Program-made: the position numbers and the translations under genes | Notes under the pieces: generated by a model | Seen by the model: the letters and a program-made list of their open reading frames with translations, nothing else | What the model was told of the DNA's origin: nothing | The model's database searches: none | In this document: piece by piece, positions 62,200-64,000 of the stretch | Position numbering within the stretch: the stretch's first letter is position 1 | Layout: every line of letters starts with the position of its first letter | NCBI GenBank assembly: GCA_013239625.1 | Contig: MU053994.1 | Location: 2,361,589-2,425,588, forward strand | Source of the DNA: Lama guanicoe | Taxonomy: Eukaryota | DNA: 64,000 nucleotides | Direction: 5' to 3'

Positions 62200-62580
62200 T
62201 TTAGTTTAGGGACGTCCCTGTCCTGGCCTATAGAATCTAAGAGGGATCTTGGTAGGAGGTTTCTGAGAAGTATTTTTCTCCACGAAAAAAAGAGAAATGC
62301 TTAAGGGGAATGCTGCCACCATCACCCATCCATGTTATTCCTGCTTTTGAATTCTGTTGTGAGGATATCAGATATTGGAGTAGCAGCAGCCATTTTGTGA
62401 CCATGAGGGGATGATTGAACAGAAAGGTAAAAAGAGGCTGGGTGCTTAATGACTTCTTTGGCCATCAAACCAGAGACCACCTGCCTCTGGGCTTCTTGTT
62501 ATAATATGAAATATTAGTGTATCTTTATTGTTTAAAATGCTTTTTATTAGATATGCTTTTGAGAGCATTGTAATGGGTAT
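62200..62580 (+). mobile_element. Old MLT1-like LTR
   Basis: ggagtagcagcagccattttgtgaccatgaggg...cctgcctctgggcttcttgtt. Confidence 0.5.
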
Positions 62581-63744
62581 AATCCCAATTTAATAGTGGA
62601 GAAGTCTAGGAGAAATTAAATTAATTAGTGGCAGAGAGGGGCCTAGAATCCAAGGGTTCCAGTTTCACCCAGAGTACGCTTCTCTACCTCTGAACTCTAC
62701 AGAGTCTTAGGGAACCTCGGGAGCCTCCTCAAGGCCAAGGGTGCCAATGTGCCCCTACCTCCCTTCCCCAACCCAAGTCAGAGCAGCATGGCTTTTATCT
62801 GATTTATCTTACTGGCTTCCCACTAACATTCTGTTTGAAATAAAAGACTGTGAGGCTTTGACATATTTAAAAACCACAGTCCCACCTCTTATCCTTAACA
62901 ACAGTGACCAGCTCTTTACCCCACCACAGCAGAAACTGTAAAGAAAATGTCTTTTCTAAGAGGAAACATCGGGAGTAAGGGTTGTATTTTATTTCCCAGG
63001 TGTAAGCCCAGAGATCGCAGCAAACTGTTCACTCACGCGTGTGCACACACACGCTACAGACACACACGTACTTCTGAAGCATATACACGCAGACGCGCTG
63101 TTGTCTTGATTTTTCATCCTATTAGCCGCTTTCAGGTTGTGAGGCAGAATGAGGCACAGTGAGGCTAGCACGGATGCTGGCGTTGATGAAGCCCCTGGAG
63201 GGCCGAGCAAGAGCTCCTGACTTGGTTTTGGAAACAGCAGCAGCCGAGGCCACACTGATCATCTGGTCTTGTCCTTGACTGTTCCAAACTCCAGGGCCAC
63301 CTCTATTCTCAAGACCCAGCTTCTCTTGGCTTCTCCCACTTGCTCTCAAACTGCTCAGAATTAGAAACCTTCCCCTGAGCAGATCCGATCTGGTGGGCTC
63401 CTCACTGCACCGTGTGGACCCCCCAGCCCCGCTCAGGCCAGACAGAGTTCTCAAGCCAGAGCGCCTCATGCCTTTCCCGGGATGCAGATTCCTGACCCAA
63501 ATGGTGGTAACGGGGTAACAGAGTTCAGTGGCACAAAACACGGGTGGCAGCTTATGCAAAAGGAACCTGGCTCTCCTCAAAATAGGGTTCTGAGCATTAC
63601 AAGTGCCTGCCGTTTAAGCAGCTCCGATGCAGCCTCCTGAGAACCACTGGGCACTGCCTTCCTTTCTTCCTTCTGCTCCTCTATGTGCCCCTCCCCCACC
63701 TTCCTTTGGTCCCTCATCCAAGAAACATTTCTTCAATGCCTAGG

Positions 63745-64000
63745 ATTCCCATGATCTATTGCTGCTTCATAGACAATTTCAAAACCTAGTGGCTTCTGAA
63801 GAAAACCATTTTATCATATCTCACAGCTTTGGGGGTCAGAATCCGGGCAGGGCTTGGCTGAGTGATTCTTTTGCTTCTCGTGGCATCTGCTGTGATCGTT
63901 CAGTGGTATTTGCTGGCAGCCTGGCTGGTCTGGACGGTCAAGGTGAACCATGTCGAGCGCCTCAGCAGGAAAGGCTAGAAGGCTTGGGTCACTGGGCTGC
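63745..64000 (-). mobile_element. MLT1-like LTR (runs off window end)
   Basis: tctattgctgc...aaaacctagtggctt...tctcacagctttgggggtcagaatccgggcagggcttggctg. Confidence 0.7.

Overview
Mammalian nuclear DNA, most likely from a camelid (camel, alpaca or llama). The evidence is six copies of a tRNA-Ala-derived SINE resembling the Camelidae Vic-1 family, plus artiodactyl/camelid-type L1 3' ends. I find no supportable host protein-coding exon, RNA gene, CRISPR array or prokaryote-type system. The only ORFs with recognisable products are LINE-1 ORF2 fragments; the rest look like chance ORFs. Roughly half the window is interspersed repeat: many MLT1/MLT2 and other LTRs, MIR, L2, old and young L1, and hAT-family fossils (MER3, MER5, MER53, Tip100-like), often nested and with readable target-site duplications (TSDs). 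Between the repeats are repeat-free islands rich in homeodomain, FOX, GATA, RFX and TALE motifs, which suggests the regulatory neighbourhood of a developmental gene (inference). The two most notable items are a 404-bp solo LTR with a perfect 5-bp TSD inserted into a young L1 (1134-1537), and a perfect inverted pair of PBX-MEIS/PREP decamers (31489-31515). Repeat family names are from recall of consensus sequences, not database searches. Boundaries without TSDs are approximate.
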